Part shown: positions 14,387 to 26,549 of the stretch, piece by piece | How positions within the stretch are numbered: the stretch's first letter is position 1 | How the letters are laid out: every line of letters starts with the position of its first letter | DNA from: Octopus sinensis | Lineage: Eukaryota | Direction of reading: 5' to 3' | Assembly (NCBI RefSeq): GCF_006345805.1 | Contig: NC_043020.1 | Location: forward strand, 28,272,001 to 28,336,000 | DNA length: 64,000 nucleotides | Program-made: the position numbers and the translations under genes | Notes under the pieces: generated by a model | Told to the model about the DNA's origin: nothing | What the model saw: only the letters and a program-made list of their open reading frames with translations | Databases searched by the model: none

Positions 14387-15099
14387 AGGTTCTATTTGTA
14401 TTGATAAGGCAGAAGCACTAAGCTACGTGACTCTACTGTGCTTAACTGAAATGTCTGTCCTGTAGAAACAGGTTTAAAGAAATGAGAGCAAAACTTCCCC
14501 TGGATAGAAAACCAATGAATCACAAGTAAATTTTTTTGGCAATAGCTTCCTTCACCATCACAACTACTTCTGATTTTTAACTGCTATGTCACTCTTGTTG
14601 TACTGGGCTGCTTACAAGTTCAGTGTTTAAGTCCTAAAAACAACCGTGCCGACATATTTGTTGCTTGTCCAGTGTGTACATATGAATCCTACATACATAT
14701 ATACATATCTATATATATATAGTTGTCAAATACCATAAGTCAGGAAAACATGCACTCATATATTTATCATATTAAACAAAGTATACAGTATTAATAAATT
14801 GTTAACGACGGCTTTTACCCATCAGTTTCACACCAGATATTAGATAACTGGACAATTATCTAATAACTGTGCTCGTCAGAGATATAAGATAGATGGATGG
14901 ACAGACAGACAGACGGACAGGTGGATGGATGAACGGCTTTTTGTGTGAGTGATACAACTTAAAATGTCTCATCTGGTCAATAGATCAGTATCTCCAACAC
15001 ACTTCCCTCATTTTACACCTTCCCAATTGCATTTAATAAGGTAGAGAAGAAGATGGAAATGGACTGGGAGATGAGTAAGAAGAGAGACACAGAAAACAG

Positions 15100-15135
15100 G
15101 GAGACAGCGAGAGAGAGAGAGAGAGAGAGAGAAGT
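15100..15135. repeat. (GA)n microsatellite
   Basis: Direct reading of gagagaga run. Confidence 0.9.
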
Positions 15136-15369
15136 AAAATAAGAGAATGATGAAAGGAATGAATGACAAACTGAATAAGTTAATACTCGTACCTCCTTTT
15201 TAATTCCTTTTAAGATTTCCTCTTCATTCATGATGCCAGAGTTAATCTTTCAGCTGGAACACAAGAAAACAAACCGTTAAACTCATAATCACTGTACATC
15301 TGTTTAGATTAGCGATACTGCACTAGATTAGTTATACTGTAATTAAATACAAAAATAAAAAAATTATAA

Positions 15370-15772
15370 GTAGATGTAAACACATGAACAAAATAAACAA
15401 AAACAAATTACACAAACGTGTATAAACAGGAGATACAATTATTACAGGCCCTCCCCCCCCCACACACACACTAACTAAACATAGAAGCACATAGAGATAT
15501 ACGCATGCACAAATAAAGACACATACAATAGGAATACAAAATACAAAATGGCTGACCATTAGTAAGGAGAGACACACAAATAAGAAAGAAGAAAGCAAAG
15601 GACCACTGAGGAGGTCACAGGAGTGTGACGAAAGAACTCTGGCCGAAATACGTTTAAGATTAATGTAAAACATGAATAACGCTGAAGCAAAGTAACACCA
15701 AATATATAGTGCGTGTGTTTTTATTGGCTAAATTGGCAAAATGACCATTCCTAAATACGACAACAAATATGT
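15370..15772. mobile_element. Single-arm diverged copy of the foldback element at 31097-31932
   Basis: Matches the spacer and right arm at ~31540-31930 (gatgtaaacacatgaac ... ggtcacaggagtgtgacgaaagaactctggccgaaat ... ggcaaaatgaccattcc). Confidence 0.85.
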
Positions 15773-15804
15773 ATATATATACACACATCTGCGTGTGTGT
15801 GTGT

Positions 15805-16210
15805 GTGTTTCTTTCTGTTGGTTTTCCTCCCACCACCATTTGACAACCGATGTCGGTGTGTTTCCATCCTTGTAACTTAGCTGTTCAGCAAAGGAGACTG
15901 ACAGAATAAGTACCAGGCTTAAAAAATAAATACTGGGATTTTTTTATGCCTGTTCTGCTTCACTGGATCCCATGCTGGTGGCATGTAAAAAGCATCATTC
16001 AAGCATGGTTGATGTCAGTGCCGCTTCACTGGTTTCCATCCAGGTGGCACAGAAAAAGCACCAACTACACTCTCAGAGTGGTTGGCATTAGGAAGGGTAT
16101 CCAGCTGTAGAAACCTTGCTAGATTAGATTATAGCCTGGTTTTACTTCTTCAAGGCACTTCCCCAGAATGGCTGCAGTTTAATAACTGAAACAAGTAGAA
16201 GACAAAAGAC
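15805..16210 (+). mobile_element. SINE family A, 3' half, interrupted by an inverted-duplication insert at 15946-16139
   Basis: tgacaaccgatg...gtaacttagc...agaataagtaccaggctt body at 15805-15945 and ttcaaggc...atggctgcag...actgaaacaagta tail at 16140-16210. Confidence 0.75.
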
Positions 16211-16299
16211 AGTTTCGACTCTTTGGGCGTTTATATACACAAATGCATGTATTATTCTCAAACAGATGCATTTGTGTATGTGTCCGCATGTGCACATCA

Positions 16300-16760
16300 T
16301 CATCGTTGTCGTTTAATGTCCACTCTCCATGCTTGCATGGGTTTGACTGAGGACTGGCAAGCCAGAAGGCTGCACCAGGCTATGATCTAATCTAGCAAGG
16401 TTTCTACAGCTGGATACCCTTCCTAATGCCAACCACTCTGAGAGTGTAGTTGGTGCTTTTTCTGTGCCACCTGGATGGAAACCAGTGAAGCGGCACTGAC
16501 ATCAACTATGCTTGAATGGTGCTTTTTACATGCCACCAGCATGGGATCTAGTGAAGCAGAACAGGCATCAAAAATGCTCAAATGGTGCTTTTTACATGCT
16601 GCCAGCATGGGAGCCATCAGGTGGGACTGGCATCGACCATGCTCAAATGGTGCTTTTAACATGCCACTCTCGTATACATGCCACCAGCACAGGAGCCAGT
16701 CAAGTGGTACTGGCATCGTCCACGCTCAAATGGTGCTTTTTACATGCCACCGGCCAATCG
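16300..16760 (-). mobile_element. RTE-type LINE 3' UTR/tail with repeated ggcatgtaaaaagcacc units
   Basis: Reverse complement of the 3' UTR attached to the RTE ORF at 47813-49470; ends in (GAT)n on the minus strand. Confidence 0.8.
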
Positions 16761-17251
16761 GGCAACATGCGAATAAGATTGCCATGTAAAATACTCATAA
16801 AATATCAAAGAGTTGTTAGCATGTGGCATTTTGTTATACAACCGTAATATACTCTAAAGGATACGAAATGGTTTTATGAGTCAACACCATGTCCTACTGT
16901 GTTAGCAGTGCAATAGAAATTATTTTGTTCAGGTTCTGTAGAAATAACCTTAACAATGTCATAAAATATCATGTGTATCAGTATGTGTGTACATATACTT
17001 GGAGAAGAAAATATTTGCATATATACAAAGATATATAAAAAAAAATTTTCAGAAATAAATATCAATTCCCGGTTGAAATTTCACACACACACATACACAC
17101 ACACACACACACACATAAAATCAGTTGTCGGTATGTCAGGGAAAAAATGCTTTGTGATTTTCTTATATATATTCTCACACACACAAGCAAGTTGTCTTTC
17201 TTAAACTTGCACAAATTCTTTTAATTTCTTAAAGTCATATTCTTTGAGATG

Positions 17252-17252
17252 T

Positions 17253-17325
<73 letters not shown>

Positions 17326-17710
17326 CGTGTGTGTGCGTGTGCGTGTGCGTGTGTGTGTGTGTGCGTGTGTGTTTGTGCAACTCATTAGAGAAGACTTGAG
17401 CCTGCTGACTAATTCCATTAAAGACTGCTGTCTCTCTAAATATATATATATATGTATCTGTGTATGTGTCTGTACATACATACATATAGGTATATATATA
17501 TATATTTATGTGTGTGTGTATGAATGTATCTATGTATTTGTTTATGTATACATATACATGCATACATATTTTATTTATACATATACATATAAAATATATA
17601 TGTATGTATATATATATATGCATTAATATGTATATACATATGTATTTATATGTATATACATATATATATATTTACACACATACATACATGCATACATACA
17701 TACATACAGC
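17252..17710. repeat. (TG)n then compound (TA)n/(TATG)n microsatellites
   Basis: Direct reading. Confidence 0.95.
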
Positions 17711-17806
17711 CTTAAGTGCCATTGCAATTTAAATGAAGTGTTGAGTTAAGTTGCGCTATCACAAAACAAACAAAAAAAAATTCAATGAAGATATCACACA
17801 CACACA

Positions 17807-17840
<34 letters not shown>

Positions 17841-18284
17841 AACACATACACACATATATAAGAGAGAGAGAGAGATTGAGTTGGGAGGGGGTGTAGTAGA
17901 ACAGACGGTTGCAGTAAATGATAATTATAATGCTCTGTCAATTCCATAGAAATATGGTTCCATTTATTAACCAGTTTTATTATTCTTGGCTCTTTCACAT
18001 TTTTTTTTCATCCTTTTCTCCCTCCCACCTTCTCTTCCTCATCACTTGCACTTTAATTTATAATATTAATCAATGTTATTTTTTAAGTTCGAATCACAAC
18101 AGCCTAGATAAACTGAGGTAATGTGGGAAAAAAGAACAAAAAAATATATGAAAATGTTTAAAAAAAACATTGATAACATTTTTTTTCTCCCTCTTTCTTT
18201 CTGCATATATGTGTGTGTGTGTATATATATATATATTATATATATATGTGTGTGTGTGTGTATATATATATATATTGTTGTTGG

Positions 18285-18522
18285 CACGTAAAAAGCACCA
18301 ACCGATCATGGCCGCTGCCAGCTTCCCCTGGTACCTGTGCTGGTGGCACATAAAAAGCACCCACTACACTCACGGAGTGGTTGGCGTTAGGAAGGGCATC
18401 CAACTGTAGAAATATTGCCAGATCAGACTGGAGCCTGGTACAGCCTCCTGGCTTCCCAGACCCCGGTTGAACCGTCCAACCTGTGCTAGCACGGAAAACG
18501 GACGTTAAACGATGATGATGAT
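18285..18522 (+). mobile_element. RTE-type 3' tail fragment ending in (GAT)n
   Basis: ggcacgtaaaaagcacc...gagtggttggcgttaggaagggcatccaactgtagaaa...ggacgttaaacgatgatgatg, same as 49280-49470. Confidence 0.85.
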
Positions 18523-18524
18523 GT

Positions 18525-19580
18525 TGTTGGCATCCTTTTTGTCTCGGGAGACAATGGAGTTGCGCATAAAATAGTCTAGTCCGGCTTTTACATTTCATGT
18601 CCTAATACATTTCCTGCTGTGGCTGTGTAGTCCTATCCTGGACAAACACTCCCCCTGGCAGGTGCCGCAAATGTAGCGAAGACTGTTCCTGGCTGGTTGT
18701 AATGTCATAGTTTCTTGCTGACGTCTTTTCTTGTCTTTCCATTTCTCCTCTCTCTCTCTCTGTTACTCCTTTGTATTCCCTCTTTTACGGTACATCGCCA
18801 ATCTCCACGGTTGCTGGCAACTGCTTTCCAGTTGCTAATATTGATGTTGCAGGCCTTCATGTCCCTTTTGCAAACATCCTTGTAACGTAAGAACGGTCTT
18901 CCCACAGACCTAGTACCCCTAGCAAACTCTCCGTAGAATATGTCCTTGGGGATTCTGCCATCTTTCATACAGCTAACATGCCCAAGCCATCTCATACGTC
19001 TTTGTGTGAGGAGTGCAAACATGCTTGGTATTCCTGCTCGCTTGAGGACATCTTTGTTGGGGATATGATTCTGCCATTTGATGCGAAGGATTTTCCGGAG
19101 GCAGCGCAGGTGAAAGATGTTTAGGCGACGCTCTTGGCGTGTGTATGGCATCCAAGTCTCACTTCCATACAGTAGAGTGCTAAGTACACATGCCTGGTAG
19201 ATCTTCATTTTCGTGGTCTTGATCAGCTTATTGTTGTCCCATGCCCGTTTGGAGAGTTGGGCCATCGCAGCAGCTGCCTTGCCAATGCGTATATTGAGCT
19301 CATCATCAAGGGATAGGTTGTTGGTGACGGTAGAGCCAAGATAGGTAAACTTCTCCACCTCCTGTAATCTGTGGTCTCCAATATGTATGTTTGGGATGTC
19401 CGATGTAGCCTGACCCATGATGTTGGTCTTCTTGAGGCTGATAGCTAAGCCAAAGTCGTTACATGCTTGCTCAAAACAGTTGATGAGCCTTTGTAGGGCT
19501 TCTTCTGTGTGTGATACCAGAGCGGCATCATCAGCAAATAGCATCTCCTTGATCAGGCCACTTCTCATTTTGGTCTTGCT
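18525..19580 (-). mobile_element. 5'-truncated RTE-clade (BovB-like) LINE: C-terminal RT ORF (18705-19568) plus 3' UTR
   Basis: Translation has MLFADDAALV (catalytic FADD), KFTYLGS, LLYGSETW, RRMRWLGHV and GTRSVGRP, typical of RTE reverse transcriptases. Confidence 0.93.
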
Positions 19581-19856
19581 ACTGCTGATAGTGATATTGC
19601 TGCTGCTGCTAATGATGAATATTAGAGGTTGAAAATAAATATATAAAACAAACGTAGGAAAAAAAATGAAAAATCTAATAATAATTTAACATTACTTAAA
19701 AAGGTAGTGGGTAGCGAACTTCTTCACTACTTCAGGGAGTGACGACCCTGCCTGACACGAGTTCCGGGCTCAGCTGGCTCCGGCTGACAGTACCCGGTAT
19801 GGGCCCCTATCCAGGGTTACGGAAAGGAGACAACCTACAAAGAATATATATATATA

Positions 19857-20250
19857 TCTTTATATATAAAAGAAAGGTTGTGTGTCTGTCTACTCCGATT
19901 TAGATTCCTAACTACTCCCACATTTTGCAGTGCAGTTTAACCAAAACCGGGTATCTTATAGTCGTGATTCATATCAAGCCCTTCTGGGTATTATCGCACG
20001 TCTACGATGAGTCTAAGATTTTAAAAATAATTTACCATCATTTTTTTCCATTTTAATGCATATTTTTTTAAATATAAGGGAAGTAACTCTCTAAAAATGT
20101 CTACGATGAGTCAACGATTTAAAAAAAAATTTACCATAATTTTTTTTCCATTTTTAACGCATTTTTTGCTATTTTTTGTCTATAACTCTCTAAAAATGCT
20201 TTATAGTTATTTCCCTTACAAACCCGAGCAACGCCAGGTGATACTGCTAG
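19857..20250 (+). mobile_element. Non-autonomous Helitron
   Basis: Starts TC after A (a|tcttttatatataaaag), ends CTAG before T (ctgctag|t), subterminal GC-rich cccgagcaacgccagg, no TSD; internal ~95-bp duplication (gtctacgatgagtc at ~20001 and ~20100). Confidence 0.75.
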
Positions 20251-20407
20251 TATATATATATATATATATACATACATATATTTAAAATTAAAAAAACAAG
20301 TATTGGTGGGGGTATCGATTCTTTGACTAAAATTCTGTGAGGCAGTGCCCCAGGATGGCCTCGGTCTAATGACTGAAAGAAGTAAAAGATATACATAACA
20401 TACTACA

Positions 20408-20620
20408 TATCTTTTGTTTACCGTCGTTAGACTGCTGCCATGTTGGGGCACCACCTTTGAAGAATTTTTAGTTAAATGAATCGGCCCTAGTAATTATTTT
20501 ATCTTGTTTCTTTATGCCTGGTACTTATTCTATCGATCTCATTTGCTGAACTGCTAAGTTACAGGGACATAAACACAATAATACCAGTTGTTAAGTGGTG
20601 GTGGTGGTGGTATCGACACA
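20408..20620 (-). mobile_element. SINE family A, diverged 3' half
   Basis: gccatgttggggcaccacc, ggtacttattctatcgatctc, gaactgctaagttac motifs. Confidence 0.75.
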
Positions 20621-20629
20621 TCTAACTGG

Positions 20630-20948
20630 CACTCTGTCAGTTACGACAACGAAGGTTCCAGTTGATCCGAGTAACGAAACAGCTTGCTCGTAAGATTAAT
20701 GTGCAAGTGACTGAGTACTCCACAGACACACATGCCCCTTCACATACTTCTCAGGGAGATTCAGCATGACACAGAGTGTGACAAGGCTGGCCCCTTGAAT
20801 TACAAGTACAAATCATTTTTGCCAGCTGAGTGGACTGGAGCAATGTGAAATAAAGTGTCTTGCTCAAGGACACAGTGAGCCACCAGGAATTGAACTCATG
20901 ACTTAATGCTTGTGAGCTGGATACCCTAACCGCCAAGCCATGTGCTTT
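20630..20948 (-). mobile_element. SINE family C (tRNA head plus conserved core)
   Basis: Minus strand: tggcttggcggttagg (A box-like), gagttcaattcc (B box), then tgtgtccttgagcaagacactttatttcacattgctccagtccactcagctgg; related copies at 45050-45258 and 59490-59720. Confidence 0.75.
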
Positions 20949-21000
20949 CATACACACACAAATACACACACGAACATACATACAAACACATATGTAGATG

Positions 21001-21122
21001 TTTTGAAAAGTTCCTGGCTTCAGGTAAAAGAAAATCCAGGAGGATCAATTAATTATGATTTTACCCAACATATTCCCTTCTCAGATTCACACCTGAAGAA
21101 CATACCTCAGTTTTTTAAACAG
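21001..21122. mobile_element. Partial mariner-derived MITE
   Basis: tgaaaagttcctggctt terminus and caacatattcccttctcagattcacac shared with 43325-43535 and 62730-62808. Confidence 0.6.
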
Positions 21123-21343
21123 CATATCGGTAAGAAAAGAAAAATAATACACACACACTCTATTTACTTTTACATGGCTGCATTTGACTTAGCTGAAGTA
21201 AGTGACCTGTTTGGACCATTTGGTCTTAAAATCCCCCGTCACCGCCACATCCATTAAGAGCAACCCTTACCAAGAGAACAGCTCTTTGATCCTTAAAACA
21301 TGACCCTACTTCTACAAACAAAGTCAGAAAACTCACCTCCTTG

Positions 21344-21936
21344 GGATCTTTTCCTTTTGGACGGCAGTTTTCAACACAATTTCTAGTTAACTAAACACTT
21401 TTAGACTTTGTATACTGGTAGAATGTGTCAAGATAAAACATTTTTTTCTCTTGGCTTTCTTGAGAAAATTGTAATTTGTAAGTTTAACGTAGTTTAATTT
21501 TTCGAATTTTAACCAATCAATGGCCTCTATTGAGCTAAAATCATTTGCTGCATCTAAAACTGAGACAACATCCTGTCACTAACCCTGACCCTAAATTTTA
21601 GCCTTTCGTTTTTTTTTTCTTAATTGTTACGCATGTGTCTAAAATTATTCGTTTTGCTTTTGTTTTGAGTTTTTGCTTTCGTTTTAGCCCTTCGTTTTTT
21701 TTTTTCTTGTTATCCTTAAATTAATTTAACAATTAAGAAGAAAAAAAAAACGAAAGGCTAAAATTTAGGGTTAGGGTTAGTGACAGGATGTTGTTTGTTT
21801 AAGACGCAGCAATTTTCTCAAGAAAGCCAAGAGAAAAAATGTTTTATTTTGACACATTCTACCAGTATACGAAGTTTAAAAGTGTTTAGTTAACTAGAAA
21901 TTGTGTTGAAAACTGCCGTTCAAAAGGAAAAGATCC
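21344..21936. mobile_element. 593-bp palindromic MITE, ~130-bp TIRs, 8-bp TSD CCTCCTTG (Merlin-like or hAT-like)
   Basis: Termini GGATCTTTTCC...GGAAAAGATCC; CCTCCTTG at 21336-21343 and 21937-21944; second inner inverted pair ~21565-21628 and ~21728-21798. Confidence 0.85.
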
Positions 21937-22221
21937 CCTCCTTGCTTAAGCAATTTGATCAAAATATGACCAGCAACACAGCTCAACTTTGCCTTAAATA
22001 TTGATTTCAAATTTTGGCACAAGGCCAGCACCTATGTACCTAGACAAAACCCCCAGCACAATTCACAAGATACCCCTAAGCAAATTCCTACACAAAGACA
22101 TCACATACACCACCAAAATAATATCTATCTTATCTGAAAATTACTACAACACACTAACCTTAAATGCCTTCTGTTTTACAAGAATACCTCTCACACAGGA
22201 AAGACTTTGAGATGATTAATC

Positions 22222-22459
22222 TATTTCTTTGCTACCCACAGGGGGCTAAACACAGAGGGGACAAACAAGGACAGACAAACAAACGGATTAAGTCGATTAT
22301 ATCGACCCCAGTGCTTAACTGGTACTTATTTAATCAACCCTGAAAGGGTGAAAGGCAAAGTCGAACTCGGCGGAATTTGAACTCAGAATGTAGTGGCAGA
22401 CGAAACACTGCTAAGCGTTTTGCCCGGCGTGCTAACAATTCTGCCAGCTCACTGCCTTC
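22222..22459 (-). mobile_element. SINE family B, full length, 14-bp TSD
   Basis: Minus strand ggcagtgagctggcagaattgttagc...gttcaaattccgccgagttcgactttgcctttc...; TSD agatgattaatcta at 22210-22223 and 22460-22473. Confidence 0.9.
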
Positions 22460-23356
22460 AGATGATTAATCTAATGGAGCCACCAGTTTTGAAGGTTTTG
22501 TTTGTTTGTTTTTTTCTAGGATTTTAATATTGAGATTGGTTTTCTCAAAGGATTCTCTTAAACTAATTAGCTAATTCTCCATTAGATTTTGGAAATACTA
22601 TCTATATACTCTTATCTTACCACACATGGCACTTGGCTATTATTTCATTATTATTTCTAACGACAGTATAGGGTGGCTCCAAGTTGATGGCTGGGCAGAA
22701 TCATTGACACACCAGACAAAATGTCCAGCAACATTTCTTCCAGCTTTTCACATTCTTAGTTAAAATCCACCAAAATTGACTTTACCTTTCATACTTTTGT
22801 GGGGTCTGCTAAATGAGTTCCATTTAGGCACTGGGGTTGTTAGGGATCAGTTTCTGCTTTTTCACCGGGGTTGCTGGCCTTATACCAAAATTTGAACCTA
22901 TTATTGTTTCTAACTCCCCTATTCCAAAACTTTTATGGCACAGAGGGCATTCTCTGCCTGCATAAAGCTTTAGGATAATTTCAAACCTTTTCTCAGTTCT
23001 TTTATACATCCTGGGCCCCTCCTTTTGTGTGTGTGTGTGTGTGTGTACACCAAATAAACGCATTCGAAAGATAATACTGAATGTGTTTTTGTCATTTTTA
23101 AGGTTGGAACATTTGCAACACATTTCTTATTGTTCCTTCAGGATCTGCCTTTCTGATGTGTATCAAATAGCTATATACAGGTGGGCGTGTATGCAGACAT
23201 ATATATATCAAATAGCTATATACAGGTGGGTGTGTATGCAGATATATACACACAAGTATGATTTTATCGATTATCTTATTTCTAAACTGGTATTGCTTGT
23301 CTTTTTCTACCACTCTACTGGTTAAATACACCAAAAGAGTAGAAATCTTACTTCAG

Positions 23357-23640
23357 TAGGTTTCAAATGGCCCTGGGGTTAAGAAGCTCACTTTGTAACC
23401 ACAGAGTTTTTAGTTCAATTCCACTGCATGACACCTTGAGCAAGTGTCTTCATTACTCCCAAGCTGACAAATTCCTTGTGAGTGAATGTGGTAGATGGAA
23501 ACTATGTGGAAGTCCATTATGTGTGTGTGTGTGTGTGTGTGTTTATGCTGGTGCTTGTTCCCCACTGGTGTTGGTTTGTTTATGTCCCTACATTTTGTCC
23601 GAAACACTGACAGAATAAATAAACTTAATCACTAAGTATT
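23357..23640 (+). mobile_element. SINE family A, diverged 5' part
   Basis: ttcaattccactgcatgacaccttgagcaagtgtcttc and ccttgtgagtgaatgtggtagatggaaact. Confidence 0.7.
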
Positions 23641-23654
23641 GGTGTTAATTTACA

Positions 23655-24022
23655 CTTTACTCTTTTACTTGTTTTAGTAATTTGACTGTGGCCATGCTGG
23701 AGCACCACCTTTAGTCAAACAAATAGATTGATAGAACAAGTACTAGGCTTACAAACAAAAAGTTCTGGGGTCGATTTGTTTGACTAAGTTATGGGGACAT
23801 AAACACCCCAGCATCGGTTGTCAAGCAAGGGTGGGGGTGGGGGACAAATATGTACACACGTATACGATGAGCTTCTTTCAGTTTCTGTCTATCAAATCCA
23901 CTGACAAGGCTTTTGTCAGCCTGGGGCTATAGTAGAAGACACTTGCCCAAGTTGCCATGCAGTGGGAATGAACCCCGAACCATGTTGTTGGTAAGCAAGC
24001 TACTTACAACACAACCACTCCT
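23655..24022 (-). mobile_element. SINE family A
   Basis: gccatgctggagcaccacc...gaagacacttgcccaag...gaaccccgaaccatg...acaaccactcct. Confidence 0.85.
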
Positions 24023-24099
24023 GTGACTATTTGCTTACTAAAACCTTTCAAGGTGGTGCCCCAGCATGGCCACAGTTTAATGACTGAAATTAAAGCTAA

Positions 24100-24577
24100 C
24101 ATATAAAATATATATATGTATATGTATGTATATGCATGTGTTATGTACATACATATATATGTATGTACATGTGTGTGTGTGTGCATGTATATATAATGTA
24201 TTATATTATGTGTATTTATGAATGTATATATGAAAATAAGTGTGGAAGTAGACAAATATATGAGAGTGTGGTGTTCAGTTCATTTCCTCTCATGTTGGTT
24301 CACCAAGTCTCTCTTTCTATCATCAGTCTCTAACTCCATTTCCTCTCTCACCCTCTTTCTTCCCACCCTTCTTCTTCCCTCATCTCTCTGTTTCCCTTTC
24401 TCTCTCTGTCTCCCTTTCTCTCTCTCTCTCTATATATATATATGTACTCACACATATAAATATGCATATATATATCTATATGTACACATATATATATATA
24501 CACACACATAAACATGTATATATATATATATTATATATATATATGCTATGTGTATATATATATATACATGTTTTATG

Positions 24578-24616
<39 letters not shown>

Positions 24617-24661
24617 TATGTATACGTAAATACATGTATATATATACATATATATGTTATG

Positions 24662-24703
<42 letters not shown>

Positions 24704-24952
24704 TATGTATATACACACATAACACATGTATATATACGTATGTATGTATATCCCTGCTGCAATATCAATATTTCAAGTTGCTTGCAGCTTGGACAACCCA
24801 ATAGAAAATTAGTTAATAATATGATGTATTCAACTCAATATGTATGTGTGTGTGGGTGGCAATGTGTGTGTATGTGTATGCAGTTATACGCTAATATGAT
24901 TACACACAGAAACACACACACACACACATACACACATAAACACATATATACT

Positions 24953-24990
<38 letters not shown>

Positions 24991-25150
24991 ATATAATATA
25001 TAAATTTGTGCATGCATTATGTATATATTATATATGTGTGTCTATATTTGTTTATATTTATATATATGTTCGTGTATGTGTTGTGTGTGTGTTTATTCAT
25101 AAGCTGCTTTTATGCACATGCCTAAAAATGTATGTGTGCGTGCGTGCGTG
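24100..25150. repeat. Compound (TA)n/(CA)n/(TG)n/(CT)n microsatellite block
   Basis: Direct reading. Confidence 0.9.
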
Positions 25151-26282
25151 TGTGTATGTTTGCCTACAAGTGAACGCCAGCTGTTGATCTGCCGGCTAAA
25201 CTACGTTACATAACGCGATCAGTGTAACCCTGTGTACATACACATACAGCGTCCATTAGCCGTTGCCAAAAACAATGTTCCATAAATAGCCAAACAAGCA
25301 AAGAATCCATTTATCAATGATATTTACCATATTTAGCGGTGCTCACTCTATACAATCAATAAAGACACCTCACCAACAAGTTAACAAATCTAAATCCTTT
25401 TCTAAATATTTGATCTCTTGGCTCGAGAGAAACCTCTCTATTTTCTTTACCTAGCTCCCTGTCGTTACCATGGATATTGGGAAACAATGCTCCTTGTATA
25501 ATGTATTTGGATATTAAATTTCTTTTACACTCCACTTTTAAAGTCTGACAGATTTTGGTTTTCCTCAGTTCAATTATCAGTTAAAATGTAAATCTACTGA
25601 TGCGTAACGTGTTGCAACAAGTCGACCAGCCTTGTTGGCTTGACCAATTGAGTTTGCGTCTTGTGGTGTATGCAGGAGATTTGAAACAGGGACACCTACC
25701 TTCTCTTCTTCAACGGAGACCTCTGCAGTGGTAACGCACCCCTCCACGCGGCCCAACCCGAACACTAGAAATAGCAGCTGCTTTTCCCCTACCTTAACAA
25801 TGAGCTCACACGTCCGACTCGCTCAGCTACCTTGATCGAAAAGGCCCAATGCTGCCCTGCCTGCGCGCGCGTCACTCTTGCCCCTTCCTCTTCTGGTCAG
25901 CCCCAAGTTCCGGTCAGCTCCCCAGCTGCTGACCTCATCCCACACGTCTCACTCACCCGCTGTCCTGCTATCCATTTCGAAACTTCACTGACTTCTTCCA
26001 ACTTACTTTTAGCAACTCAGCTGACCTATTTCCCACTGGAGTGTTCTTGAGTGACTGACCCCTAAAGGGGATTTTAATGTCCACTACTAATATGTAGTGG
26101 CCAGCAGTGCAACAGGGGGTGCACTGGAGACAGTCTACCACAGGCAGCACTTTTGAATCTGCTGTATAGGGGGCAGGAATGGCAGGGGAAGCAAACTGAA
26201 AGCTTGCTCTGGGTGACACACATTCTAGATGCACCACTGGCAGTGGCCCTTCTTTTGTGGTAAACTAAGAATCCCTTCATCC

Positions 26283-26500
26283 ATATTGGTTTCAAATTTT
26301 GGCACAAGGCCAGCAAGTGTAGGAAAGGGTGTAAGTCAATTGCAGTGACCCCAGTATTCAACGGGTACTTGTTTTATTGAATCTGAATGGATAAAAAAAC
26401 ATATTCAACTGCAGCAGAATTTGAACTCAGAACATCAAGTCAGAAGAAATGCTGCAAAGTGTTTTTCCCGATGTGTTTACGATTCTGCCAGCTTCCCACC
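26283..26500 (-). mobile_element. SINE family B variant
   Basis: ttcaaattttggcacaaggccagc...ggtacttg...gaatttgaactcagaac...gattctgccagc. Confidence 0.75.
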
Positions 26501-26549
26501 CGACCTCTCCATCCATATTACTAGCAAAGTAGACTTGACTTTTTAGTGC

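Noticed and set aside
17201-17732. ORFs over CA/TA microsatellites (also 24-25 kb, 27.7-28.4 kb, 42.1-42.7 kb, 53.5-53.9 kb)
   Set aside because: Low-complexity artefacts.
23161-23250. 45-bp tandem duplication
   Set aside because: Ordinary slippage duplication beside TA repeats.
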